The translations under genes were made by a program, and so were the position numbers. A model generated the notes under the pieces. It did not search any database. It had not been told where the DNA came from and saw only the letters and a program-made list of their open reading frames with translations. 64,000 bases of DNA from the human T2T-CHM13v2.0 reference genome, Homo sapiens: assembly GCF_009914755.1 (NCBI RefSeq), contig NC_060942.1. One strand, written 5' to 3'. Every line of letters begins with the position of its first letter. Position 1 is the stretch's first letter. This document shows, one piece after another, positions 13,878 to 27,839 of this stretch.

Positions 13878-14178
13878 TTTTTATTTTATTTTATTTTATT
13901 TTTCAGAGAGTCTCACTTTGTCACACAAGATGGAGTGCAGTCATGTGATCAGAGCTCACTGAAGCCTTCACATACTGTGCTCAAGCGATTCTCCCACCTC
14001 AGCCTCCTGAGTAGCAGGGACTGCAGGTGCATGACACCATACTAGCTAATTTTTGTAAAGATGGGGTTTCACCATGTTGCCCTGTCTGATCTCCAACTCC
14101 TGGACTCAAAAGATCTGGCCACCTTGGCCTCCTAAAGTGCTGGGATTATAGTTTTGAGGCACCACGATCAGCCCAGCC
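13878..14178 (-). mobile_element. AluJ
   Basis: (TTTTA)n tail followed by a diverged Alu dimer on - with gctcaagcgattctcccacctcagcc. Confidence 0.9.
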
Positions 14179-15935
14179 TTAAAAAAGGCTGACTAGAGAT
14201 CTTTATCTATGCATATCTATATCTATCTATGAAATAAACATGTTTATTATATAAAAATATATATTATTAATATTATATAAAAATTTTTTTTCAAGGTAGA
14301 AATATATAAAGGGGGTGCATGTAGAGCCTGGGTCATTGTGTAGTGAAGCTCAAGGCCTCTGAAGAAATGCCCCTTGCCTCTTTTGTCTGGGCTAGAATCC
14401 TAGAAGGGAAAGCAGCAGATGCACTGGTTCCCAGGTTCTTGGCATCCTACAGAGAGAAACATGTTTGAGCTAGGGTAGCATTAAACACCCTTGTTCTTAC
14501 TCTCCTGTTTTATGTAGTGAGCAGAGACTAGCTTCATGAGAACAGACTGTGACAGTCAAGGTTGTCTGTTACTTTGTGCAGCATTAATTGAGAAATTCTA
14601 GCACCTGAAGACCTCTGGGCCATTTGAGGGTAGGTGCAGGGGAGGAAAGGGAAGTTTGCATCCCTCCTGCTGTGGAGAGAACCCATGGGAAGCACAGACC
14701 TTGTCCTAACTGAAGGTAGACCCCCTTGCTAACCAGCTTCTCATCAGCCAACCCTGGATGAGTTTCCATGTCTATTTACTAAATAATCCTTATTGCTTTT
14801 CTTCATATGGGCAAAGTATGGTTTACAGGGAATATTGTTCCTTTGAACACCCATCGTGCAAACCCCTTCTTGTTGTGGGAAAACAGGCTTCCATGTGTGT
14901 CTTATTGGGAAACATATAGGCAATTTCTATGTTTTTACTGCATCTATTTCATGGATATGGGAACTGAATAGTGCCCATCAAAGGCTCACCTGATGTTGGA
15001 AATTGATCTGAGAGCGCGGAAAGACAGAAATCTTTCTTTGTTCCTGGGCAGCGGTGGTTGAGGGATCATTTTGTGGCAGCTACAGTGGCAATGATGGAGG
15101 CAGAATGGAGGGCTCAGTACCAAGACAAGGAGAGACTTGGCCTCACAATGGCAGCATTGCAGGGGTATGCTCTACAGAGCATTGGCTCACATGGTTTTGG
15201 GCATTGTCTCTAACTACATTGCTTCCCCAATAGGTTGACCCATTCTAAATAACTCCTTTCCTCTTTAAAAAAGGAAACTTCATTTGTATGACTTGCAATT
15301 GTAAATGACACCAATTGGCCAGTTATCATTCAAATTCTCTGTTACTTAATCCTGCCTTTTCCTAACGTATGCAACTTTCCCCTAAAAAATTGGACACTTT
15401 GTTGCTTACTCATTGTCTTTACACATTTTAAAATGTTGCTTTATGCCCCCAATCCCTAACTACATTTTCAATGTTTTGCAAGTGGAGTCCATGTGTTCTT
15501 GATTTACATGAAACTCAAAATAATGGTTATAGTAACTAGTACTTCATAATTAAGCCAAAAGCACTTATTGAAAAATGACAGAACTATACATAGAGATGAT
15601 AACATGGAGAGAGATTTCCTGAGATCACAAAGTTATGGTATGGCAGAACTAGAACGTTGAGTAGAGACTCTGTGTTCTCAATCATTATTGCTACCACCAG
15701 CTTTCTATTTTGATGTTAATAATGTTCTTATGTGGGAAACCCTACATATTTGCCAATGTTTAGTTCATTGACAAAAATAAAGAGCTTCAAGAACACTCTA
15801 ATCTTTAAAAAATAAAATACCTATAATTGGCCATACGAAAAAATTGGTACTTGACATATGCTGAGATCGTTTTATTTTGTGCTAGACAAATGAAGTCATA
15901 GAACAGAATGTGCTTTAAATATTATGAATAGTGCT

Positions 15936-15936
<1 letters not shown>

Positions 15937-15975
<39 letters not shown>

Positions 15976-15980
15976 TGTGT
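15937..15980 (+). repeat. (TG)n microsatellite
   Basis: About 22 TG units with one interruption. Confidence 0.95.
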
Positions 15981-18141
15981 TTATAGATGCATATTAGGCC
16001 GCTGAAAAGTTTTACTATTCTTTCCAGGAGAGAGACTGCCAACTTTTGAACCTAATTAGAACAAGTATATTGCTTCTTCATATTTTTATTAAGGCAAAGA
16101 GAGTCTAGTTAAAAATAATTCAACTTATCTTGGAAATGCTATAAATTGCTGTGAAGTGAGTTGCTGGCTATGGCTTGTCAGAGCAAATATATTGTACAAA
16201 ACTTAGGGGAGAATTAGTGCTTATGCATTAAAATCAAATCATCTTGCAGCACACTGAGAAAAAGGTTAGATTTTTAAAATAATTTCAAAGTCATGAAAAG
16301 AGCAAATATGCTCAACAAAGAGCCTAGCAACCCTCAATGACCAGTTCCCCTTTTATATAATTTGGTATCTGAATTAGAATCCCAGAATCTACAAATTCCT
16401 CTGGGTGTGGGTGCTGCATTTTGAGGATTTTATAACACTGCCATCACCAAGCTCTCTTTTGATATTCACTTTAAGGAGATAATTTACGGGCAACCGAAGA
16501 GCATAAACCAAAGTAGATATCTATCTAGATAGATAGATACATCTCCATATCATTGACAGGATACCTTCTGGCCAAGTGTGAGTACAACCTATGGGTGTGG
16601 CTGGAGAGAACATGTGTTCCACCTGAATGGCAGATCAAGATTATTCCTTCTCATCTGCTGCAATGGCTCAATGTGTTAAGGAGAGGAGCGAGACAGCAAG
16701 AACTGCATTCATTCAGTCATACAGACCAGAAGGAGGAATGTCGCCCAGCCCTCTACACTGACACAGAACCCAGCTCATGTCTCAACTGCTACCTCTACTA
16801 CTTAGAAAGAAGTAACTCCACCAAAGCAGGGTTCTGGACAGATGTATTTTTATTGATCATATACAAATAGATGAAGATGGGCTTGGATGTTAAGAAAAAT
16901 AATACTATACAAAATCAAGAGTAGACAGTCGCCCCTAGACTTAAATTAAGAGTGTGTACATTAGATAATTTAATCCAATGTATCAGGTAAAAACTTGAAA
17001 AACCCTTTTGGCCTCTTCCATAAAATTCAGGGAAGCATGTCCTCCACAAAACATAATCAAAATATAAATGAAAGACTGGCTTAAGATGAAAGGAAACCTT
17101 ATAAATGAAAAGAAGCCAGAGGAGAGGCACTTAACCGAGAATGAAAAAAACTGAATGGACAAAATAATTATGAGAAGATGAATCTTCAAGTCAGAAAGAG
17201 GGAAAAAAGCTCATTTGATACTATGGGAACTCAAAAGAGTGAACACAAATGTGAAAATTCCAAGAGTACAGAAAAGTAGCATAACTAAATTAAGAGCATG
17301 AGAAAATGTATACAATTCGGAGTAATAAGAACAGAAATCAAAAGTTAGTATTGTATGTTATATTTTTGTAGAGCAACACTGAATAAGAATGAAAACAAGA
17401 AGTAATACTAAATATGAACATATGGAGAACAGAATAATATTTTTAAAATTTTTAGTTTCTAAGTTTACCTGAAATTTTAATTTTGGTTTCTTATGTAATA
17501 CCAGAGTGATTAGGAAGGTATTAGCTAATAACACTATTTTCAGTGATATTTTAAGTATTTGTCCTAGAAAAATTTCTATTTTTAAAAAATGTATATTTAA
17601 AAATACATTAAATGTGTATATACATCAATCATATGTATCAATTTCTGTTTTTTTTGAATTGCAAATGAAATTTGTATTTTTGTGTTCCTGGAATAAAATA
17701 AACTTGAATGGATTGTAACATATTATTCATGCTGTAATTCAATGTATTTGAATTCTTTAAGAATGTTACATTTATAGTTAACAGATAATGACCTATAAAT
17801 TTTCTTTCATATAATGATGCTGTGAGACAATCTAAGAAGAATTAAAATTTAAATTCATGTATTCCTACTTTTTCCTCTGCTCTCTAACTGTAATATATTT
17901 TAATTACAGATGGAAGAACAGATAGGTGTTAGATAAATAGGTATATAATAGATTGATCATCCAAAATTCTTATTCTTATGGTTTTATGTAGTCAGTATTT
18001 ACCTCTATTTTTCTACATGTTTATCCTTCCAATTTAGTTCATTACTTCCTGCACCTTTGATGTCATATACATAGCAGGAAATAACACATGGTGGCTGGGA
18101 TGTAGAGAGAGCCACCGGATTTGTGAATAAAAACCACAGGC

Positions 18142-18805
18142 AAGGATGTGGCGATTCCTTTTGCAGTATTGGAGGGAATGCCAAACGCTATGTTTGCTGT
18201 GGAAAAGAGTATGGTAGTTCCTCAAAACATCAAAATGGTATTGCCATATGATTCAGCAGCGCCACATCTCAGGATAGCAAAAGAATTGAAAGCAGAGTCT
18301 TGAAAAAATATTTGCACATCCATGTTTGCAGCAGCGTTATTGGCAATAGCTAAAACTTAGAAGCAATTGAAGTGTCCAACAACAGATGAATGGATAAGTA
18401 CAATATTAAATATACACACAATGGAATATTATTCAGCCTTAAACATGAGGGAAATATTCTGACATATGTTGCAGCTTGGATGAAACTTGAGGATATTATG
18501 CCAAGTGAAATAAGTTAGTCAGTGAAGGACAAATACAGTATAATTCCATTTGTATTAAAGTGGACAGAATCATAGAGATAGTACAATGATGGTTGCCAGA
18601 AGCTGGGGGGAGGAAGAAATGGGGAAGTATTGTTTAATGGGTATACAGTTTCAGTTCTACAAGATGAAACGAGTTATGGAGATGGATGGTAGGGACGGCT
18701 GCACAATGTTATGACTATATTTAGTACCACTGAACTGTACACTTAAAATGGTTAACAGAGTACATTTTATGTTATGTGTATTTTACCACAATAAAAAAAT
18801 AAAAT
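18142..18805 (+). mobile_element. L1MB-type 3' end
   Basis: catatgattcagca...acagatgaatggataag...gggtatacagtttcagtt...ggagatggatggt...cactgaactgtacacttaaaatggttaa...caataaaaaa. Confidence 0.85.
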
Positions 18806-20529
18806 ACCTTAGGAACATTTTCCTGAAAGAGTCCACATAACATTCATTTTAATGCGTGTGTTTATGCATAGCTTTCTATTTTTCTCTTTTCTATTTATAT
18901 TCCAAATTAGAATATAATGGTCATCAAACATAGTGGCTGTGTTTCTTGCTTCATCTAGTCTGCAGGTAGCATACAAATGTAATAAACTACTTATTCATGT
19001 CGCATCTATTTATTTTCTGCCTTATACCAAGCTTGTGGGATTCTCTTAAATACAACATTTTTATACTTACACCTAGGCAATACCCATTAGCATCGCCTTC
19101 CTAAATCAGGGGAAATTGAGCCTCTGTAAGGTGGAGTAACTTACTAAGATACAAAACTCAGCATTAAAGTCTGTATACTTCAATATCCTGCCCTCTTCTC
19201 ATTTGTCTTTACTGCCTTTTATGTATGTGTTAGATGTTCAATAAATTCTCTTTTTTAAACTGAATTTAAGCCGTGGAGCAGTGTTTTGTTGAACAATAAA
19301 TATGATATAGGACACTCTTCCTCCCTTTCATTTATGATCCAGTTCATGAAAAAGAGAAATTCTTTCATTGTGCTAGAAGCTTAAAATAATGAAAATGCCA
19401 CTTTCTACATTAAACAGAAACTGAAGGGAATCAAGGTGAATTGCATGAGACATAGAAAACAAGTGGGAAAGAAATCTAGTATAATTTGCCCTTTGTGTAC
19501 CTTTATTATTTAGCGTTTAAGTAAATGTTTCCCCCAAATATCTTCCCATCTTAATTCATGTCTATGAAGTAGACATTTATGTCTCACCTTGTCAAGAAGG
19601 GCAAACTCTAACATAAACATTTCCCAAAAATGCTTTCTGCTAAAACATAAGCTCAGTCTGGCTAGAAATGGAGCTCACTTCATAAAGATTAATTGGTAGC
19701 TAATCTTTGCATGCTGTTCTCTGAACCTGAGTGAAAGCTGTCCATCAGGCATACAGGGAATGACGGAAAAGGTGACAACAGAAGATGAATGCTATGTCAC
19801 TAACCTTCAAAGATGACCTGCCTTTTCTTTCAAATTCTTGATATCTTAAGACTTCATTATTTCATCTCTCTTTGCCCTTGGTTCAACATTGTGCTATACC
19901 AAAACTCATGTAAAACGATGATCTAATGTAATAAAAATGGCATTTTTCTTTCATGTAGATGCAAGCTAACTGGCATTTTTACAATCCACATATTTCCTTT
20001 GTCAATTTTTCATTCTGTATTAGAAGTAATTGATAGGTATTTCTGAAGGGATGAAAGTGTTTCTGTGTTCATTGTGATCCAAACTATTTTTAGACCTAGG
20101 GGCATTTGTAAAACAATTTGTGCCAGCTGACCAAGGACCACTGTGGCAGAAAGCAGCAAACTTGCATAAGATATCACTACCTCATAAGTTGGCTTTGAAA
20201 ACTAGGGGCTTACTCCATAGTCTTATGAATCAAAGACATTGATAGATGTAGTATAAGATTACAATCATATTTTCCTTTTGACAGTCACATTATAAAGCAT
20301 GATGTATTGCAATTAATCTCAATTAGCTGATCACAATTAAAATTAATGTTTATTATTGCTGATAAACAATCATGACTCTCCTGTTCTCAAATGTGCAAGT
20401 AATTCTTGTAATTTTAATACAAATTTGCATATTATTACTAATTGATTTAATATCATTGGATTTGGTTCATGGATCCAATTTATTAAAATATTGGTAATGG
20501 GATAATGATTTGTCTCTCCATTTCATGTA

Positions 20530-20850
20530 CACTAAAAGCCACAATTCTTACAATGGTCTGCAAGCCCGTCATGATCTGCTGCATGTTAACCACCAAAATT
20601 CTTTTATATCTTCACCCTTGATCTTACCAGTGGTCCTGGCCACCTCACTGTCCTCTGGACATGCATGTTTGCTGCTGTCTTATGACCAAGACTCTAGTTA
20701 ATTTCTTGGCTTGGAAAGATAGCCCTCCATATATCCATTGATCAGCTCGTTCAACTTCCTCAAGTCTTTACTGAAACCTCACATTCTCGATGAGACCTAT
20801 TCAGTATTTCAAACTGCCTCCCAGCTGTAACATTCCCAAACCCCTTACTC
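20530..20850 (+). mobile_element. L2 fragment
   Basis: caatggtctgcaagcccgtcatgatctg...caagtctttactgaaacctcacattctcgatgagacct. Confidence 0.6.
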
Positions 20851-20859
20851 TTCTGTGTA

Positions 20860-23430
20860 TTTTTGAAAGGATTTAGTGAGATATAATTTACATAGTGTAG
20901 AGTGCACACATTAATGTCTACAAGTCAGTGGCTTTTAGTATATGCACAGATAAGTGGAGACATCATCACAATGAGTATTAGAGCATTTTCATCACTTCAA
21001 AAAGAAACCCCACCTTCTTTAGCTGTTAACCTCCTATGCACCCATCCCCTACTCAATCCTAAGCAACCACAAATCTGTTTTCTGTCTCTATAGATTTTCC
21101 TATTCTATTTTCATCTAAATAGAATCATACAATAGGTGGCCTTTTGTGCCTGGCTTCTTTCAGTTGGCATAATGCTATCAAGGTTCATATACGTATTGGT
21201 ACTTTATTTCTTTTTATAACTGTAGAACATTCAATTTCATGGATATAACATTTTGTTTATCCAATAATATTTTTATTGACATTTGAGTTGTGTTCAGCCT
21301 TTGGCTATTTTAAATACTGCTGCTAAAAATACTTGTGTACAATTTGTGTTTGAACACCTCTTTCCAATAATCTGGGTGTATACCTAGGAATAAATTTCTT
21401 GGTCATATGACAATTCTATGTTTAATATATTTAGAAGCCATCAAACTATTTTCCAAAGTGGCCAGTTCTAGCCATAGAGTATCTAACTGTGGTTTTGATT
21501 TGTAGTTGCCTGATGAGTGATGCTATTGAGTATCTTTTTATGGGATTATTGACCGTTCGTGTATCTTCTTGGGAAACACATCTATTCCTATCATTTATCA
21601 GTTTTGAGTTGGGATATTTGTTACTGAGTTAAAACAATTTTTCTATATTCAAGATACATATATATACAGACATATAGACACGTGTTTTTCAAATATCTTC
21701 TCACAATTTTTGAGCTACCTTTTGACTTGCTTGGTTGTCCTTTGAAACATCAATGTCTTTAATTTTTAAGAAATTTTAAATATCTAATTTTTATTTTGTT
21801 GCTCACGTTTTTGGTGTTACAGCTATTTCTTTGCTAGATCCAAAATCCTGAAGATTTTCCCATATGCTTTATTCTAGCTCTTGCATGTATGTCTTTAATT
21901 CATTTGAGTTAATATTTTTGTATGCTTTGGGGTAAGGGTTCGAATTTATTATTTTGCAAGTGCTGATCCATGTGTACGTTGTTGACCCAGCTTGTTCAAG
22001 ACTGTCTCTTCCTCATTGAATTGCACATGGCACCACTGTAAGAATCCATTGACTATAGATACATAGTTTTATATATGGACTCTCAATTCTCTTCCATCAA
22101 TCTATATATTTTTCCTTCATCAGTATTGTGTTGTCTTGATTACTGATGCTTTGCAGTAAGGTTTGCAGCACGGGGGTGTGAATTATCCTATTATGTTTTC
22201 TTTTTTCAAGGTTATTTTGGCTATTTTAAGTCCCTTACGATTCCATGTGTATTTTAGAATCAGCTTGTCAGTTTCTAGACAGAAGTCTGTTGGGATACTT
22301 GTAGGGATTTCATCAAATCTGTAGTTCAAATTGTAAAGTACTACAATATTAAATCTTCCAATTCATGGCTGTAAGATGTTTGCTAATTATTTAGATGTTC
22401 TTTAAACAATAATTTTTAATTTTCAGAGTAAAATATTGTATCACATTTTCCAAATTAATTATTATTTCTTTTTTGATGCTATTGTAAATTGAAGTGTTTT
22501 CTTAATTTCATTTTGGGGTTTTCATTGTAGATGTGTGCAATTGATTTTTGTATATTTATCTTGTATGCTGTAATATTGCTGAAATAATTTACTAGTTCTG
22601 TCGTTCAGTGGATTCCTTAAAATTTTCTATATACAAGAATGTTATTTGCAAATAAAGTTTTATTTCTTCCTGTTCAATATGGCTGACTCATTTCTTTAGT
22701 TGCCGATTTGCCATGCATAAAATCTTTAGTACAGTGTTGACTAGAAGAGGTCAAAGTATATATCCTATTCTTATCTCTGACCATAGCGGGAAAGTATCAT
22801 TTCTTTTACCATTAAGTTGCATGTTTGCTGTTGGCTTTTCACAGGTGCCATGTATCTGGTGTAGAAAGTTCTCTAATCCTCGTTCTTTGAGTTTTTATTT
22901 TTATTTTTAATCATTAAAGCATTTGGATTTTGTTAAATGTCTTTTCTGAATCTATCGAGTTGATCATGCAATTCTCGTTTCTTATTCTATGGATAAGATG
23001 CATTACCTTAATGGATTTTGGGCTGTTTAACCAACCTGGGATTACTTGTATAAATTTCACTTTGTCATAGTGTATAATTCTTTTATATGTTGCTAGATCT
23101 GATTTGTTAGTATTTTTTAAGGAATTTTGCATTTATACTTATAGTAGTTTTATTTTTCTAGGCTATTTGGACTAATTTTTGTATCAAGGTAACACTGGCC
23201 CCACAGAATAAATTGGGAAGTGAATATTTCTCTTTTTTAAAAAAGCTAGTCAAGAATTAATATTAATTATTCAATACTAACAAATATTATTGTTATAAAT
23301 TATTAATTTCTCTAATTTTTATTTTCTTCCTTCTGCTTGCTTTAGGTTTAGTTTGCTATTTTTTCCAGTGCCTTAATGTGGAAGGTCATCTTATCTCATC
23401 CTTTCACTTGTCTTTTCATTTTCTAAATAG
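20860..23430 (-). mobile_element. L1MB/L1M antisense fragment (3'UTR through ORF2 reverse-transcriptase remnant)
   Basis: Antisense 3'UTR at ~20.9 kb. ORF 22914-23132 KRIIHYDKVKFIQVIPGWLN...SIDSEKTFNKIQ is decayed L1 ORF2. Confidence 0.85.
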
Positions 23431-23442
23431 TGTCTTTTTAGC

Positions 23443-23765
23443 ATCAGGTGAGCTCCCCAGGTTGGTAGTACTCCATGTTTACTGCTGTACAACAATGACA
23501 GGTAATATGTCCTGAAGACAATGGAAACTTAACATTCAAAATCCTCCTAGATTCCACCTTATATGATATGTCTCTTCCTTTAATTGGTCCTAATTTCTAC
23601 CCTTTCTGTATTATAAACCATGAATACAATGGCATTCAGTGAGTTCTGTGAGTCTTTCTAGTAAATTCTTGAAACTGAGGGTGTTCAGGGGAAACCCCTG
23701 GACTGGCAGTTGGTGTCAGAAGTGAGAATCGTCTTATATGGCCTCTTCCTTTGAACTTTGCAGCT
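23443..23765 (+). mobile_element. MER21/MER77-like LTR fragment
   Basis: tataaaccatgaatacaa...cagtgagttctgtgagtctttctagtaaatt...ggggaaacccctgg...gttggtgtcagaagtgag. Confidence 0.65.
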
Positions 23766-24349
23766 GGACCCAAACTCTGCACAATTTGGGCCAGAAGTCT
23801 CGTGTTGACTTTGCAGCCTAAAGTATCTTGTAGTTTGTCTAACCCTCAATAAATTTGCTTTCATCAAATATTGTATTTGTTACCCCAAAATTACCATCAT
23901 GTTTTTTTTCTCCAAATAGCTAACATTGGGAGAAATAGACAGCTGAATCTGTAACTCAACAGAAACAAGTGATCCATATACCATATACCATGTAAGTGGC
24001 CATTTTGCCTCCTTCCACCAAATCTTAGCAACCTCAACCATTGCCATGAGCCACTGTAGGCCTACCGGCTACAAACAAACAAGTATCTTTTAAAAACACT
24101 TCATATTCCCATTTGATAAATTTCCCAGCAAAGAGATGCCTACTTTAACTCTATGCAAGTGGCTCATATTCTCGAAGTCTGGAGATATTATTCATGTAGT
24201 GTGAGAAAATCATCCCAGCGATGCCAGCACAATCTCCTTCCCATAATCTGCTTAGTTTGCAAACATATTCAGGCCATGGGTGAGAGATTTGTATTTCACA
24301 GTACAACAATTTTATGGAGGGCATTGAAACTTAGATTGAGCATTTTAGT

Positions 24350-24690
24350 ACAGTCACACATCACTGAATGATAGGGATATGTTCTAACAGATGCATCCAT
24401 AGGCAATTTCATTTTGCAAATGTCAGAGAGAATATTACAAACACATAGATTGTACAGCCTACCACGTCTGGAATATATGGTATAGCCTCTCTCTCCTAGG
24501 CTACAAACCTGTGTACTACATTACTTTACTGAATACTGCAGGCAATAAGAACACAGTGGTAAGAGTTTATGTATCTAAACATACTTAAATGTAGAAAAGT
24601 ATGTAAAAATATGTATTATAATCTCATAGGACCACTTTTGTATATGTAATCCATCTTTGACTGAAATGTTATTATGCATGACATGACCCT
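24350..24690 (+). mobile_element. Tigger3a/MER7-type DNA transposon
   Basis: ta|cagtcacacatcactgaatgatagggatatgttct...ctcctaggctacaaacctgt...gactgaaatgttattatgcatgacatgac. Confidence 0.8.
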
Positions 24691-27442
24691 ATGACAAAAA
24701 TAAAATAACACATTGTAAAAAATGTACACATGTATCAAACATATTATTATAAAAATAAAAATATTTATTCAGTGTAAGAATTTGTAATGATCAAAAAGTG
24801 TTCACAGCTTATATTTTAGTACAGTTTCAAATGCCTAGTGCAATTACTATTTATTTCTTTGTGTATCTTAAACATGTATAAAATAAATATTTTTCAGGTT
24901 CAACAATATATATCAATCCAACTGGCTCTTATAAATATTAGTTAAAATCAATTAGTAAATTCATATATATATATACACACATGTGTATCAGTGTGTGTGT
25001 ATGTATGTGTGTGTAAATGTAACTGTATGTGTGTGTAAATGTAACTGGATGCATCCTAATATTTACCCTTACCTACAAGATTTCCAAGATGCATTTATTA
25101 TCTTTAGATGATGTGCATTTAAAGATTTACCAAATAAAACTGTAATCGTGGAAAATATCAAGATGTTATTAAATTCATCTTGTGCACATAATTGTTTCTT
25201 TACATTTATGTTTCTTGCAAAACTTGCAGTAATGCTCATGCACAAAATAATTTTCTAAATAAAAAATAAAAACATTTTCTCAGTCATTAATTCTTAATAA
25301 TTATTTCTCCCCAATAATTAATGTGAATTCTTAAATCTTAATTATAGAATAATGTTGCCCTTCAGAGTTCTGAATCTTTTGCATGTTGTATACATTTCAT
25401 TAACTAGAACAACTTCTGGAATATTGGCATTAATTAATGTCACTCAGCAATTATTGGTTTCGAAGAAATTAAATAACATTCATATTCTGAATCACAAGGG
25501 TATTTTGGCATCTAATTTAATCAAGCTCTTTGTAGCATCATCTACACTTTAATTACTTAACAAACATTTCTCTGTGTGAGAAAGATTGAGCAGGTTATTG
25601 TGCTTTTTTAAGATGCAACTTTTGCTTAATCTAGAGATAGGCAATGCTCCCTATAAGGAACAAAGAGAAAAATGAAAGAGCAATAGAGATGTGACAGGCA
25701 TGGAAAAAGACAATACATTTGTAAAACAAATAGGGCCACAGATGACGATAATGGGGATCAAATCTTGAGATACTGACTCAGTTTATAAACGCACTGTACA
25801 ATAGAGCAAATCATTTGTTAATTTTTTTACAAATGGAATTTAATTTAATTAAGATGAATACAGTGTTTTAAACAAGGCAGGTCATCTTAAAATAAAATAG
25901 TGGAATAAAGTGATAAAACCAATGTAAAAATCATAAACATTTTATAAAGAATTTTTGTGATGTAATTTAATATTTTTCTTTATTTAAAATCACCCAAATC
26001 AAAATAATTTTATCTTAATTAACAAATAATCATCAGAAGTTAACTAATTTTTACTTTATAATACTAGGTTTAAAAATTCTTAACTATAGTTTTAATCATA
26101 TATACTTATCATAAAATAGACATAGGGTATATATTTACATGTTCACAATATTATATTGTAATTGTTCCTATGGATGTGGCTTTTCAATAGAATTAATAAG
26201 TACTTTTAAAATATTTCAATTTCAATGATATATATGTTTGATTTTTCTTTGACAAAGCATACATATATTGATAGGTAATAATAAGAAAATCTTCTAAAGA
26301 CATTACAGGAACATGAATATGTAATTAAATCCTCAATAATTTGTAAAGTTTTATGTAAGTGGAACACATTTAACTGAAAATTGCTTTTATATAATACTCA
26401 AACGAGACTAAAAACATATTAACTAGTGGAGTAAGTCTTCAAATTGATAATCTGAACTATATAAGAGGAGAAACTTCAGGCACTCAAATATTTGAAATGC
26501 TACAAAATATTTATATAAACTATTATTTAACAATTTCTGTTTGTAGAATGCTATACAGTAATCAATATAAATGACATCTCAAGTCTTTCTATAGCTTTGA
26601 CCACATTTACCTCCTAATTTTAATTATTAATATGTTGGAGCAGTGCATACAACTAGATTCCGATCTTCCTTTTTAATGAGTAAAAATATGTCCATTGAGA
26701 CAGCATTAAAGAAAGAGCACCTTGTATAAATTCAATGCCAAGAGACAAGATATTCTTGATTCTGAAGTCTTGTTCTTTTATACAGCAATGTAATTAATAA
26801 TAAGAAGAAAAGCAGAACATAGATGTGGAGTCTATTTTAATCAAAAATTGTCTACAGATTTTGATGATAAAATTTAAAAATCTACTATATTTAGTTAGTT
26901 ACAAAAAACTATTTGGTCAATAAAACACCCCTACCAAATGCTGACAAGAAAAAAAGTTAGGTACCATCTTTCTTCTCTGCAGATGGCCTGAGATGGGTTA
27001 ATTTGAAAGAATGCTTCCAAACCTGAGGTGACCCCTGAGAACAGCATAATCCACTGCTGTCTCCTACATTCAGTTTCTCAGTCTGTGCTCTTTTAATTTT
27101 GGGGTGAGGGAAGCCAGTCCTTTAAAGCGATCTTCAGCATGATGGCAGAGCCAAGGAGTGTGGACAGGTTGCACGGTGTCTGACTTTGTTCCAGCAGCCA
27201 CTTGGGCTTTCTCTGGGTCTTCTCTGCCCTAGGGATAGCACTACTATTGAAAACATGTCTTTGTGACATTCTCTATGCCAGGAACTCCCAACACATTTTC
27301 CTTGAAACTGATGAAATGAATAAATATAAACCAAGAGGTGTGCTGTTTGTTTCTGTTTCCTCCTTTCTGCAGCCCTTCTTGATCATGTAATATTTTTAAA
27401 TACGTTGTCGATCACCAAAAGGAGCATAAGGGCTTTATTGAT

Positions 27443-27839
27443 TTGTAGCAGATGTATTAATAGCCCAGCCCCTATTCCTTACCTGTAGCTGCTGGGAAGA
27501 AAAACATTCTTAACACTCTACAAGGTCTCATCTCCAGAATTTGCACCTGTTTCTAGCTGAGGACTTTCTCTAGCAGCACGGGAGCTTGTTACTGGGCATG
27601 AAGTGGGAAGAAGAGGTGAGGGTAACTAAGAAGAATCTCCCTGGATTCAGTGATGTAATTCTGAGGCATGTTCCACATAGCTTCCCATAAAATTAAGCCC
27701 AGATATCTAACACAGGAACTTGCCTCTTAACACATGTGGTATTGGCTTTTCTATCTTTCCTGTTTTATTTTATTCTCTCTTCCTTGTCTCACTTTTGCTG
27801 TGTCCTCACTCCTGCTTTAAGAATACCCAAACAAATACA
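27443..27839 (+). mobile_element. LTR16-like ERVL LTR
   Basis: tgtagcagat start, gtagctgctggga, ctgaggactttctct, aattctgaggcatgttccaca, ends acccaaacaaataca. Confidence 0.6.

Noticed and set aside
14310-15250. Possible old LTR-derived segment
   Set aside because: Composition is suggestive, but no termini or consensus motifs could be recognised with confidence.
16553-16870. 105-aa ORF in a locally GC-richer, exon-like patch
   Set aside because: Non-ATG start, no recognisable homology and no convincing splice-site pair; cannot be supported without a search.
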